Counted from the first letter of the stretch, positions 52,401 through 63,067 are shown. The stretch is 64,000 nt of DNA from Campylobacterales bacterium (GCA_038205935.1 JBBRBK010000001.1:38595-102594); one strand, 5' to 3'. Program-made: numbers and translations. The notes: generated from the letters alone by a model not told the origin.

Positions 52401-53201
52401 ATGGTTACACCTGAAGATATCAAAGAATACATCAAAAAAATTCCACCTACACCTGCTATTTTAAATCAAACTATCTTACATGTAAATGCTGGGGATCTGA
52501 ATAAAGCCGCAAAAATAGCGGAAGAGGATTTGGCTCTTAAAGCTTATCTTAAAACTCTTGTCAACCGACCTATATATGGTTTTAGAAATGAGATTACTGA
52601 ACTACCGCAAATCTTTAGTATTCTAGGTGCCAATGCGGCTAAACAGTCTTTATATAACTATTTGCTCACTCTTTTATCACCAAAAAAATGGGTTTTATTT
52701 AAAATGAATCAGCATCTTTTTTATGATTTACAAGCAGATCTCAGTAGAAACTGGCATAACATCCTTCTTCATCTTGGTGTTGATGATAAAGATATAGAAA
52801 GTGCAATCACACTCTTGCCCTCAAGCATCATTATCTGTGAAGCACTCTTTAAAGATAATATAGAAAATGTACAACTACTGCGAAGTGCAAAAAATCTCGA
52901 TTATAATACTATACTCAAACGACTCACAAAGCTTGATCTTTTTGATATATCAAAGTATATCTCCAAAGTCTGGCAGATGCCAGAATCTGTTGGGACTATT
53001 CTTTTAGCTTCATCTGGCATCAAACCCTCAGCAGATGAAGATCTCAATAAACTAGGCAAATGGATGCACCTCTTACTCTTTTATGAACTTTCAAAATCAC
53101 AGTTTATCGAAGCAGGACTCAACGATTTTGTAGAGTTTAACACTGAGTATGTGATGGATATTTATGAAGATTTTATGCAATTAATGGAAGTACAATCATG
53201 A
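52401..53201 (+). CDS. HDOD domain protein
   Basis: IPPTP, D.AL....LVN...YGF..EI......ILG, W..PE pattern. Confidence 0.82.
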   Translation: MVTPEDIKEYIKKIPPTPAILNQTILHVNAGDLNKAAKIAEEDLALKAYLKTLVNRPIYGFRNEITELPQIFSILGANAAKQSLYNYLLTLLSPKKWVLFKMNQHLFYDLQADLSRNWHNILLHLGVDDKDIESAITLLPSSIIICEALFKDNIENVQLLRSAKNLDYNTILKRLTKLDLFDISKYISKVWQMPESVGTILLASSGIKPSADEDLNKLGKWMHLLLFYELSKSQFIEAGLNDFVEFNTEYVMDIYEDFMQLMEVQS

Positions 53202-54592
53202 GAGCAGTCGTAAAAGATGGAATTGGAATATTTTATCCGCAAGGATTTTTAGATGGAAATAATGCGCCTTCTTATCTTACGATAGAGGATATAAACGCGA
53301 CTGAACATTTAAAAGTAGATATGCTTTTAGTCTCACTCAAGAAAGTGATCTTCTTTAATCTAAACGGTTTAGACGTTTTTGTAAAACTATTACTTCGAAT
53401 TCGAACAAAGAACCATATTTCCATAGGTATTTGTGACTATGACCAAAAAAAATATGAAGCGATTACGACTTACTATAAAGACACTCTTTCTTTTTCGCTC
53501 TTTAAAACCTCAAAAATTGCAGAACTTTTTTCATCTTCTTATAATGTAAAAGATAAAACTGTTCTTTTATATAGTTCTGATCCTTCACAACGTTCGGCAC
53601 TAGCAATCGAACTCTATGACCATGGGCACAATCCCATCATTGCTCAAACAAAAGAGGAGTTTGATGAAAAATCTATGCATGAAGATACCTATTATGCAAT
53701 AATAGAAAACACACAACTTGGACTTATGGGACAAAAAGTTGCTACTCGCGTCACCGGAAATGCCATCATCTATACAGTTTCAGGCTTTTTAGATGCAGAA
53801 ATTAGCGACACTTTCAATATCGCATACCATACAAATTCTCTCAATGTAGGTTTTAGACTTTTTATATTTGATGCATATAAAGTGATCTCCATGAATGTTC
53901 ATGCAGTAAACTTTTTAGCCAAACTTTCTTCTTCTGCTGCAGAATATAATGCGACAATCTGTTTTGTCGGTATGACCTTTGAAAAAACACCTGTTGCCTT
54001 CAAAAATGAGCTTGAAGATTCCGGTTTAATGTTTTTTGAAAATATGGATGATATACTAAAAGACAAAGATCTCCTTGAAGAACTCGGTGGAAGCAGTGTC
54101 GCTGTTGTTAAGAACAAACGTTCACTCACTAAAACCATAGTGCAAGAACTTTCAGAGTTTATTGATGCTACTGTTTCAACAATAGAGATGATGACAAATG
54201 CAAAAGCTGTTAAAAAATCAGCAAATATGCAAACATTAATTATTGAAAATATAGAGGAGAAAATGGCAAGTTCTATAGGCTTTTATGGCGATATCGATGG
54301 TATGATTATTCTTATATTTCCTAGAGAAGTGGCTAAAAAAAGTTGTGCACTTCTTATTGGAGAAGAAACAGATGATGTAAATCAGATTTTAGATGCATTA
54401 GCAGAGTTTGTCAACATTATCGGCGGACGTACAAAAACTTTGCTCTCAGAAAAAAAGATTAGTGTAGATATCACTCTACCACGTACTTATGCAACTGCTG
54501 AGAGCCTCTTGGATGTTGCTTCATCAAAAAAAGGGGTACAAGTAGATATGAGTTTTAATGATGATAACTTTACATTTTTTCTTACAAGGTAG
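53198..54592 (+). CDS. multidomain protein: STAS-like domains plus C-terminal CheX/CheC-like phosphatase
   Basis: Two G.LD-containing STAS-like repeats; IGFYGDIDG...L.F and DALAEFVNIIGG (E-x-x-N) CheX motif. Confidence 0.8.
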   Translation: MRAVVKDGIGIFYPQGFLDGNNAPSYLTIEDINATEHLKVDMLLVSLKKVIFFNLNGLDVFVKLLLRIRTKNHISIGICDYDQKKYEAITTYYKDTLSFSLFKTSKIAELFSSSYNVKDKTVLLYSSDPSQRSALAIELYDHGHNPIIAQTKEEFDEKSMHEDTYYAIIENTQLGLMGQKVATRVTGNAIIYTVSGFLDAEISDTFNIAYHTNSLNVGFRLFIFDAYKVISMNVHAVNFLAKLSSSAAEYNATICFVGMTFEKTPVAFKNELEDSGLMFFENMDDILKDKDLLEELGGSSVAVVKNKRSLTKTIVQELSEFIDATVSTIEMMTNAKAVKKSANMQTLIIENIEEKMASSIGFYGDIDGMIILIFPREVAKKSCALLIGEETDDVNQILDALAEFVNIIGGRTKTLLSEKKISVDITLPRTYATAESLLDVASSKKGVQVDMSFNDDNFTFFLTR

Positions 54593-54664
54593 TTATAAAA
54601 ACTCTTCTAAGCTTTTACAGTAGAGAGTTTTGATAAAATTTCAAAAAAATATAAAGGGCGATTT

Positions 54665-55306
54665 ATGCTTGTAGCTCCTAGCGTACTCTCAGCTGATTTT
54701 GGTAATCTTGCACGTGATGTAAAGGCGATATGTGAAGCTGGATGTGATCTAGTTCACGTTGATGTGATGGACGGACATTTTGTTCCCAATCTTACACTCG
54801 GGCCTGTTGTAGTTTCTGCTATCGCAAAAGCAGCTACAAAGCCTTTAGATATCCATCTTATGGTACAAAACAATACCTTCTTTGTTGAACTTTTCGCGCC
54901 ATTAAAACCTGGGTACATCTCTTTTCATATAGAAGAGGAAAAAAATCCTCATAGACTTATCCAAAAGATTAGATCACTCGGTATCAAACCAGCCATCGTT
55001 TTAAATCCTCATACGCCACCTGAAGCTATCGAATATCTTATCGAAGATCTTGATATGGTTTTAGTTATGAGTGTCAATCCTGGATTTGGAGGGCAGAGCT
55101 TTATTCCAAACGTTGTTAAAAAAATAAAACGTTTAAAAGAGCTCAGAGATGCCATAAATCCAAACTGTCTTATCGAAATTGATGGTGGTGTAACGAACGA
55201 AAATATAGAGATGCTTCGAGATGCTGGAGTTGATGTATGTGTTGCGGGAAGTTATGTTTTTAAACATGGCTCATTCAAAGACGCAATAGACAGTCTACAC
55301 GTATGA
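54665..55306 (+). CDS. rpe: ribulose-phosphate 3-epimerase
   Basis: APSVLSADF, HVDVMDGHFVPN, MSVNPGFGGQ, IDGG. Confidence 0.98.
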   Translation: MLVAPSVLSADFGNLARDVKAICEAGCDLVHVDVMDGHFVPNLTLGPVVVSAIAKAATKPLDIHLMVQNNTFFVELFAPLKPGYISFHIEEEKNPHRLIQKIRSLGIKPAIVLNPHTPPEAIEYLIEDLDMVLVMSVNPGFGGQSFIPNVVKKIKRLKELRDAINPNCLIEIDGGVTNENIEMLRDAGVDVCVAGSYVFKHGSFKDAIDSLHV

Positions 55307-55887
55307 GAACAAAAATCTGTGGCATTACCTCTTATGAAGATGCAATGGCGGCAATTAATGCTGGTGCGGATGCTTTAGGCTTTGTATTTTACGAAGAGTC
55401 TCCAAGATATATTAATAAAGAAGATGCAAAAGAGATCATCAAAAAACTTCCTCCATTTATAGAAAAAGTCGCACTTTTTGTCAATGAAGATGCTGCCTCA
55501 ATCGATGAAATATGCTTACATGTAAAGGCTACTTTAGCTCAGATCCATTTTGATGCAGATGAGGGGCTTTACACTTCACTCAAAACTCCTTATATTAAAG
55601 TCGTACGCGCACAATCAAAAGAGGATATTTTAAAATATAGCGATGAATACAGGCTTATCGACGCGCATTGCCAAAGCTATGGCGGAGCTGGAAAACGTAT
55701 CAATATTGAGTGGTTTGAAGATATTGATTGTTCAAAAATTATTTTAGCTGGTGGTTTAGAACCTTCCAATGTTGCAGAACTTAAAAAATATGGCTTTTAT
55801 GGAGTTGATGTCAGCAGTGGTGTTGAAAAATCTCAAGGAAAAAAAGACTATCAAAAAGTAAACGAGTTTGTAAAAAATGCTCACTAA
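55303..55887 (+). CDS. trpF: phosphoribosylanthranilate isomerase
   Basis: KICGIT, GADALGFVF..SPR, LAGGL, DVSSGVE. Confidence 0.96.
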   Translation: MRTKICGITSYEDAMAAINAGADALGFVFYEESPRYINKEDAKEIIKKLPPFIEKVALFVNEDAASIDEICLHVKATLAQIHFDADEGLYTSLKTPYIKVVRAQSKEDILKYSDEYRLIDAHCQSYGGAGKRINIEWFEDIDCSKIILAGGLEPSNVAELKKYGFYGVDVSSGVEKSQGKKDYQKVNEFVKNAH

Positions 55888-56677
55888 CTTTATCCTTGAT
55901 AAAAAAAGTTTATCCAAACTATCCACTTGTGGTCTCTCTTATGACATTATAAAATCTCAACTCAAGAATGAAGATATAGAGTTTACATTAGAAATGTGGC
56001 GCGCGCAGGGACTTGATATCATCCGATTTAATGCTCTTTATTATTATGCTACAAAGTTTTTACCGATTAAAGATACCGTATTTTCTATAGTAGATGTAGA
56101 AACAAATGGTTCAAAAACAGATAAACATCAGATCATTGAGATTGGTGCTGTAAAGATTTTAAATGGTGAGGTCATCGATACATTCGAAAGTTTAGTTCAC
56201 TGCGAAGAGATTAATCGTCATATTTCTGAGATCACAGGCATCTCTGTTGAGGATACAAAAAATGCACCCTCTTTAAAACATGTCATGCAGGATTTTAAAA
56301 TATTTTTGGGTGATACTGTCTTTGTAGCGCATGATGTCAAATTTGATTTTAAGTTTGTCTCTTCTATGATGGAAAAAACGGGTTTAAGTCCTATTTTAAA
56401 TCGTCATTTGTGTAGTATTAATCTGGCTGAGAGAACCATAGAATCTTACCGATATGGTCTTTCATATTTGAATGATCTTTTAGACCTTCATAAAGACGCA
56501 ACACATCATAGAGCTCTTTCAGATGCCATAACAACTGCGAAATTATTTACAAAATCTTTGGATTTAGTTGGTGGAAATGTAAATACTGCCGAAGAACTGA
56601 TAAATTTTTCAAAAAATGAAAGAAGATTGAAAAGACCAAAGTTTGATCCTCTCTTAAAAGTGGATGAAGAGGAGTAG
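55877..56677 (+). CDS. DEDDh 3'-5' exonuclease (DnaQ-like)
   Basis: DVETNG, IIEIGAV, VAH...FD, HRALSDA. Confidence 0.9.
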   Translation: MLTNFILDKKSLSKLSTCGLSYDIIKSQLKNEDIEFTLEMWRAQGLDIIRFNALYYYATKFLPIKDTVFSIVDVETNGSKTDKHQIIEIGAVKILNGEVIDTFESLVHCEEINRHISEITGISVEDTKNAPSLKHVMQDFKIFLGDTVFVAHDVKFDFKFVSSMMEKTGLSPILNRHLCSINLAERTIESYRYGLSYLNDLLDLHKDATHHRALSDAITTAKLFTKSLDLVGGNVNTAEELINFSKNERRLKRPKFDPLLKVDEEE

Positions 56678-56686
56678 ATCTACTCC
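56671..56686. terminator. 16-bp perfect palindrome at convergent stop codons
   Basis: GGAGTAGATCTACTCC contains both TAG stops. Confidence 0.5.
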
Positions 56687-57615
56687 GAAAATTCACCTAC
56701 ACTTACAAGTTTATTGTAGCGCTGTGTCATTCTCTCTTCATCACTCAAAGTGCGCAAGTGTTTTAATTGATTTAAAAAGTACTCGCCTATAGCAGCCGCA
56801 GCACCTTCTTTATCACGATGAGCACCGATAAGAGGCTCATCAATAACATCATCTATAAGATTGAGCTCTTTAAGATCTTCACTCGTAATTCTAAGTGCTT
56901 TTGTTGCTGTTTCCACTTTTGTCGGGTCATTCCACAAAATAGCTGAACATCCCTCAGGTGAGATAACACTAAACACAGAGTAGCGCATCATAGCAAGTCT
57001 ATCTGCAACACCAATTGCCAAAGCTCCACCACTTCCACCCTCTCCAATAACTACAGAGACTGTTTGAGTATTGAGTTTTGAAAGTTCAAGTAAGTTTCTT
57101 GCTATCGCTTCACTTTGATTTCTTTCTTCAGCACCAAGTCCAGGATATGCACCCGGAGTGTCGATAAGCATCAATACTGGAATATGAAATTTTTCAGCCA
57201 TCTGCGCAGCGCGAAGTGCTTTACGGTAGCCTTCAGGATTTGGCATACCAAAATTGCGTTTGAGTTTATTTTTAGTCCCGCGCCCTTTTTGCTCACCAAT
57301 AACCATAACTTTTTCTTCACCGATATATCCAAGATAGCAAACGATTGCAGCATCATCTCTAAAATGACGATCGCCATGTATTTCATAATGATCATGCATC
57401 AAGACATTGATATAATCAATAGCGTATGGACGATCTTGATGGCGTGCAAGTTGAAGCTTTTGAAAAGGAGAAAGATTTTTATACGTTTTAGCGACCTCTT
57501 TATCAAGGTCCACTTTTAATATTTCAACAGCTTGGATATCACGACGCATTTCTGCACTCACAATATCTTCCTGTATTTGTTTTATTTTTTGTTCAAAATC
57601 AAGATATGTTGCCAA
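56680..57615 (-). CDS. accA: acetyl-CoA carboxylase carboxyltransferase alpha
   Basis: [41 protein letters not shown]. Confidence 0.98.
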   Translation of the reverse strand: MATYLDFEQKIKQIQEDIVSAEMRRDIQAVEILKVDLDKEVAKTYKNLSPFQKLQLARHQDRPYAIDYINVLMHDHYEIHGDRHFRDDAAIVCYLGYIGEEKVMVIGEQKGRGTKNKLKRNFGMPNPEGYRKALRAAQMAEKFHIPVLMLIDTPGAYPGLGAEERNQSEAIARNLLELSKLNTQTVSVVIGEGGSGGALAIGVADRLAMMRYSVFSVISPEGCSAILWNDPTKVETATKALRITSEDLKELNLIDDVIDEPLIGAHRDKEGAAAAIGEYFLNQLKHLRTLSDEERMTQRYNKLVSVGEFSE

Positions 57616-57624
57616 ATATGGTCC

Positions 57625-58842
57625 TTAGATTTTTTTGAAAATGACAACGCCGTTTGTCCCACCAAAACCAAATGAGTTACTCATAACAACATTTAATTCA
57701 GCTGTGCGCGCTTTATTTGGAACATAATCAAGATCACAATTTTCATCAGGTAGTTCATAGTTGATAGTCGGAGGAATAATACTATCACGCATAGCCATCA
57801 AACATGTAACAGCTTCTATACCACCAGCAGCACCTAAACAGTGACCAATTTGACCTTTAATCGAACTCATAGGAGGACAATTTTCTTTGCCTCCAAGAAG
57901 TTCTTTTAATGCCGCTGTTTCATTTTTATCGTTAATCGCCGTACTTGTTCCATGTGCATTGACATAGTCAAGTTTTGGTGAACCTGCCATTTTATATGCA
58001 GCTTTCATCGCACGAAGTGGACCATCTAGACTTGGAGTTGTAATGTGACTTGCATCACCACTTTCACCAAAACCAATAACTTCAGCGTAGATATGAGCAC
58101 CACGAGCAAGTGCTGATTCGTACTCTTCTAATACGAGTGCTCCAGCGCCCTCTCCCATAACAAAACCATCACGTCCAGCATCAAAAGGACGAGAAGCATG
58201 TTTTGGATCATCATTTCTTGTAGAAAGAGCCTTCATAGCAGCAAAACCGCCAACACCTGCGCCTATTATGGCAGACTCAGCTGCAACAACTAGCATGCGC
58301 TCAGCGCCATTACACATAATTGTCTTACAAGCTTCAGCAATAGCATGAGTACCAGCAGCACATGCAGTCACAGACGAAAGGTTTGGACCTTTGAGATTAT
58401 GAGCAATTGATACAAAACCACCAAGCATATTTACAAGCGCTGAGGGAATAAAAAATGGAGAAATACGACGAGGACCTTTTGTCTCAATAATAATAGAGTT
58501 TTTTTCAATCGCAGGAAGACCACCAATACCTGAAGCAGCACATACACCAAAACGTTCATGGTCTATATCATCTTCAAGTTTTGCATCCGCCATAGCTTCT
58601 TGTGCGGCTTTCAATCCAAGATGAATGAATCTATCAGCTTTTTTAACTTCTTTTGCGTCCATAACTGTTTCAGGATCAAAACCTTTTACTTCCCCAGCGA
58701 TTTTGACAGAGTAATCAGTTGGATCAAATATAGTAATAGTATCTATCCCACATTCACCATCACACATAGCCTTAAATGAAGTTTCTTTGTCATTGCCTAG
58801 TGAATTTATCATCCCTATCCCAGTTACTACGACTCTTCTCAT
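57625..58842 (-). CDS. fabF: 3-oxoacyl-ACP synthase II
   Basis: RRVVVTG, TACAAG, NAHGTST, GHCLGAAG, SNSFGFGGTN; start MRRVV at 58842. Confidence 0.97.
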   Translation of the reverse strand: MRRVVVTGIGMINSLGNDKETSFKAMCDGECGIDTITIFDPTDYSVKIAGEVKGFDPETVMDAKEVKKADRFIHLGLKAAQEAMADAKLEDDIDHERFGVCAASGIGGLPAIEKNSIIIETKGPRRISPFFIPSALVNMLGGFVSIAHNLKGPNLSSVTACAAGTHAIAEACKTIMCNGAERMLVVAAESAIIGAGVGGFAAMKALSTRNDDPKHASRPFDAGRDGFVMGEGAGALVLEEYESALARGAHIYAEVIGFGESGDASHITTPSLDGPLRAMKAAYKMAGSPKLDYVNAHGTSTAINDKNETAALKELLGGKENCPPMSSIKGQIGHCLGAAGGIEAVTCLMAMRDSIIPPTINYELPDENCDLDYVPNKARTAELNVVMSNSFGFGGTNGVVIFKKI

Positions 58843-58953
58843 ATTTCCTACTCCTATATTTTCTGTTGTTTCAATATTCTTAGACATATCTTTGTAATAA
58901 AAATAGATCTAAAAGTACCTTATGGATTGAGGCACTGAGGCCTCAAATTGCAA

Positions 58954-59181
58954 TTATTTGCTTTCTATGTAGTTCATTACATCTTTAACAGTTTGAATTT
59001 TTTCCGCTTCATCATCAGGGATTTCAATATCAAATTTCTCTTCAAGAGCCATAACTAATTCAACAACATCTAGGCTATCTGCCCCTAAATCTTCAACGAA
59101 TTTTGAATCCTCTTTTACTTCATCTGGATTAACGCTTAATTGTTCTACAACAACCTCTTTAATATCATCGATTAGTGCCAT
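58954..59181 (-). CDS. acpP: acyl carrier protein
   Basis: [18 protein letters not shown]; start after AGGAG RBS. Confidence 0.98.
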   Translation of the reverse strand: MALIDDIKEVVVEQLSVNPDEVKEDSKFVEDLGADSLDVVELVMALEEKFDIEIPDDEAEKIQTVKDVMNYIESK

Positions 59182-59269
59182 CATAGCTCCTATTTTTAAG
59201 TATAAAATCTTGGAATTGTAACACACATAACTTAAAAAACTAACTATTTGAGCAATTTACGTAAATTTT

Positions 59270-61192
59270 CTAGGCTTTTACAACTCTATTTCGGCCAAGC
59301 CTTTTTGCTTCGTACAGGGCATCATCGATTCGTCGTATTAAGTCCATTTCATCCTCATTATTGTGTATCATTCCTACTCCAAAACTAGCTGTTTTTTTGC
59401 CCACTTTATTAAAAGTATATGATTCTACAATAAGGCGTAGTTTTTCTGCTAATTCAGCCACCTGACGCAGAGTATTTGATGGACAAATTATCACGAATTC
59501 TTCGCCTCCCCATCTACCAACAATATCTGTTATTCGAACGTTCACTCTGAGTATTTCTGCAAACTCAACAAGGACACTATCTCCCACAAGATGTCCATAT
59601 GTATCATTCACATCTTTAAAATAATCAATATCAATCATTATAATACCCATCGGAGTATTGTATCTATGAAAAAGATTTACCTCTGCATGTAGCTTTGTAT
59701 TGAGGTAGCTTCGATTGTATAATTCAGTTAAAGTATCTGTAATCGAAAGTTTTTGAGCAAATTTTTTATCAGTTATATTTTGCTGAATTGCGCGATATCC
59801 TTTAACCAAACCAAGCTCATCAAATATAGCTTCAATATTTGCAAATAACCAATAAATATTTTTTTCTTTATCAGCATTTCTGATCTCGCCAGACCACTTT
59901 TTGTGTTCATCAAGCTGACTCATAATCTCTTGATAAAATGATGCTGTGTCTAAATTATAGACTGTCTCAATTTTCTTTCCCATAAGCTCTAATTTTGTAT
60001 ATCCAAAAAGGTCACAAAAGGCAGTACTTGCGTCAGTAATATTATTTTTCAAATCCGTTGATATCATAATGACATATTTATCTGTCATACTTTGTTGTTC
60101 AACAAGAGCCTTCGTTTTTCTAGCAACCATTGACTGTAACTTGCGTTTAGTGATAGCAAGAAGAAGCGTAAACGTAATGATAAACAATAGTAAAGTAAGA
60201 ACTACATACAAATATCGTACATCAACCTTTTGTTTTTCATTTGGATTCCATATAAAATCTTTAAGTGCTCTATCCATATCAGCCTGATTGACTTTGCCTA
60301 AGGTACGATAAATCTCACCTATACGATAAAAACGCTCCTTGTTGGTATAGCCAATATCCACCAATGTCGGCAGCATCATATTGCGTGTGACTTCAGCTTC
60401 ATGTTTTAAATGCTCAACTGAGCTTTTTGCGCCGTATTTACTGCGTAAAACTGCGATTGTCTCATCTTCATGTTCTAGTGCATAATGCCATCCACGAATC
60501 GAAGCTTGTAAAAATTTCTTTGCACGTTCTGGATTTGATGCAAGTTCTTGGTCTGTCGCAAAAAGATTATCTCCATAAAAATCCACACCGTAGTTTAAAG
60601 GATTAATAATCGTAATTGGAATATGTTTTTCTTGCATTAAAAAAGGCTGATCACTCAAATATGCGCTCATCATGTCAACTTTTCCATCAATAAATGCTTG
60701 AGCAGTAAAATCGTGAGGTACCAGCGCATAATCAGATCTTTTAATACCAGCATCATTCATCATAGCAAGCAATGGTGAATCATCTAATCCCGGTTCATAA
60801 GAAATTCTTTTTCCTTTGAATTCATAAGGACTAAAAATCTTAGAATCTTTGTGTGCAATAAAAATAAGCGGTGAATGCTGAAAGATAGATGCCATAACTT
60901 TCACAGGCTTCCCATCTGCTCTGTAAAGCAAAAGAGCCGAATCAGCCACTCCATAAGTAGCTTCTCCGTTAACGACCTGCATAATATTATTTTTTTGAGC
61001 ATTACGCTCCAAAATGCTCACATCTAGTCCAGCTTCTTTATAAAAACCTTTATCCAGCGCCATATAATAGCCGGCAAACTGAAATGAACTGAACCATTTT
61101 AGCTGTAAAGTAACCTTGTTTGTGGGCTCACTTGCAAAAGCGTTTAAGAAGATGATATAAGAAAGTAAAAAAAGACGAAAAAAGAGATTCAT
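59270..61192 (-). CDS. diguanylate cyclase with NMT1/THI5-like periplasmic binding domain and PAS domain
   Basis: LQLKW...FQFAGYY.A..KGFY...GLDV; TM; PAS-like; DIDYFK.VND.YGH, RITD, RWGGEEF. Confidence 0.92.
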   Translation of the reverse strand: MNLFFRLFLLSYIIFLNAFASEPTNKVTLQLKWFSSFQFAGYYMALDKGFYKEAGLDVSILERNAQKNNIMQVVNGEATYGVADSALLLYRADGKPVKVMASIFQHSPLIFIAHKDSKIFSPYEFKGKRISYEPGLDDSPLLAMMNDAGIKRSDYALVPHDFTAQAFIDGKVDMMSAYLSDQPFLMQEKHIPITIINPLNYGVDFYGDNLFATDQELASNPERAKKFLQASIRGWHYALEHEDETIAVLRSKYGAKSSVEHLKHEAEVTRNMMLPTLVDIGYTNKERFYRIGEIYRTLGKVNQADMDRALKDFIWNPNEKQKVDVRYLYVVLTLLLFIITFTLLLAITKRKLQSMVARKTKALVEQQSMTDKYVIMISTDLKNNITDASTAFCDLFGYTKLELMGKKIETVYNLDTASFYQEIMSQLDEHKKWSGEIRNADKEKNIYWLFANIEAIFDELGLVKGYRAIQQNITDKKFAQKLSITDTLTELYNRSYLNTKLHAEVNLFHRYNTPMGIIMIDIDYFKDVNDTYGHLVGDSVLVEFAEILRVNVRITDIVGRWGGEEFVIICPSNTLRQVAELAEKLRLIVESYTFNKVGKKTASFGVGMIHNNEDEMDLIRRIDDALYEAKRLGRNRVVKA

Positions 61193-61332
61193 AATATGAT
61201 CGTACCTAAATAATATATTTTAACAAAGTAGTATACATAAATACTCCTTAGTTATTTTTTTCAAGGATATTCTTTAGAAGCTTATTAATAAGTTTTTATA
61301 ATAATATATTCCGTATGAACAAGGAGATAAGA

Positions 61333-61515
61333 ATGAAGCAAACAATCAAAAAATTTATGAATGTCTACGTTATAAGTGTACTTATCGGATTTTTCTCATT
61401 TTTGTATATACTCTCTTTTGTAGTTATCAACGGTAATATATCAAAAGGCTCAAGTGTAGAGATCAAAAGAGCCATGCTGGAAAAACAAAAGATGGAAAAA
61501 ATGAGAGAGAAGTAA
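61333..61515 (+). CDS. small single-TM hypothetical protein
   Basis: AAGGAG RBS before ATG 61333; one hydrophobic segment. Confidence 0.6.
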   Translation: MKQTIKKFMNVYVISVLIGFFSFLYILSFVVINGNISKGSSVEIKRAMLEKQKMEKMREK

Positions 61516-61520
61516 CTTTA

Positions 61521-62123
61521 TTATTGCACTATATTTATAACTTTTAAAGTCACATAAAGTTTTTTGTCTTTTTCATCTATAGACATATCTGTGTCTATAG
61601 GCTTTTTTTCTTTGATCAAAGTACCTTGCAAAGAATGAAGAACATGAACATAGTTTTGCTGCATTGGAAGAATGATTTTATCAATATGATCTTTAGCTGC
61701 AATATCAGCCAAAAGTGCTACAACACAATAATACATACTTTTATTTATGGAACGTTGCACCATGTAATCATGCATAATAGAGATATTTTTTTCTAATACC
61801 TCTTTTTCTACATCATTTAAGAGTCTGTTGGTATGTGCTCTTTGCAAATCTTCATCAAGTAAATCCTCAGCTTCATGATCTGTCGCATTGATGAGCTTAT
61901 CAAAATTTGAACATCTTTTTTTCAAGATAGTCATAATTTCATCATTACTAAGATGTTTTTCTAAAATATGCGTATAGGTCTTATCTTCTATATATTCATG
62001 ATCCAACGCTTCTAAAAGCTGCGCGGCAATATCAAGATAAACATATTTATCTTCTTTATTTGTATCAAAACAGATACCAGTATGTGAGATGATCGCTTTT
62101 GGACCTGCATATTTAATAGTCAT
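61521..62123 (-). CDS. hypothetical protein
   Basis: 200 aa ORF with GAGG RBS; no family recognised. Confidence 0.8.
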   Translation of the reverse strand: MTIKYAGPKAIISHTGICFDTNKEDKYVYLDIAAQLLEALDHEYIEDKTYTHILEKHLSNDEIMTILKKRCSNFDKLINATDHEAEDLLDEDLQRAHTNRLLNDVEKEVLEKNISIMHDYMVQRSINKSMYYCVVALLADIAAKDHIDKIILPMQQNYVHVLHSLQGTLIKEKKPIDTDMSIDEKDKKLYVTLKVINIVQ

Positions 62124-62168
62124 AAAAATTCCTCTATTTAGTTCTTACATGTAAAGAGTAGAAACTCT

Positions 62169-62918
62169 TTATGCCATATTCATTCCGCCGTTTACTTTAA
62201 GCGTTTCACCTGTGATATAACTTGAATGGTCTGAGAGTAAAAATGCCGTTGCTTCAGCGACTTCTTTTGCATGTCCAAAACGCCCCATAGGGATTTTTGA
62301 TGTAAATGAACCTTTCACCTCATCACTTAAAACCTCAGTCATCTCAGTTGCGATGAAACCTGGAGTAATAGAATTGTAACGAATCCCGCTTGACGCTGAT
62401 TCTATTGCAAAACTTTTTGTCATCGCTATTACGCCGCCTTTACTTGCCGCGTAATTTGTCTGTCCGCCGTTTCCTGTTTCGCCTACGATTGAAGAGATAT
62501 TGACGATTGAGCCAAATTTTTTCTTTCTCATCACTTTCATCGCTTCACGGCATCCAATAAATGTAGAAGTAAGATTTGCATTAATAACGCTCATAAAATC
62601 TTCTACTTTCATGCGAAGAGCAAGCTTATCATTTGTGATTCCGGCATTGTTGACAAGATATGCAAGCTCTCCATCAGCGTCCACGATAGTTTTGATCGCA
62701 TCTACAAATGCTTCTTCATCACTTACATCAAAACCAATCACGGCAGCAACTCCGCCATTAGCTTCTATTTGCTCTTTGATGGCATCAGCTTCTGCGGCTC
62801 CACTTCTATAATTAATCCAAACTTTAAGTCCATAACTTGCTAAAACTTTTGCAATCTCCGCACCGATTCCACGACTTGCCCCCGTAACTAAAACATTTTT
62901 TCCACTAAATTTCATCAT
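62169..62918 (-). CDS. fabG: 3-oxoacyl-ACP reductase
   Basis: TGASRGIG, LVNNAGIT.D, GQTNYAASK, PGFI.T.MT. Confidence 0.96.
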   Translation of the reverse strand: MMKFSGKNVLVTGASRGIGAEIAKVLASYGLKVWINYRSGAAEADAIKEQIEANGGVAAVIGFDVSDEEAFVDAIKTIVDADGELAYLVNNAGITNDKLALRMKVEDFMSVINANLTSTFIGCREAMKVMRKKKFGSIVNISSIVGETGNGGQTNYAASKGGVIAMTKSFAIESASSGIRYNSITPGFIATEMTEVLSDEVKGSFTSKIPMGRFGHAKEVAEATAFLLSDHSSYITGETLKVNGGMNMA

Positions 62919-63067
62919 AATTTTCCTTAATTTTTATTTCATAAAAATGAAGGAAACCCTCCATTTCTAATAGTCCAAGAAAGGAACAAAGTCCCTTTCT
63001 TTTCGCTTACGCCGCTGAGGCGACTGAAGCTTGACTCCTTTGGAGTCAGAACTAAGTCTCTTTGACA

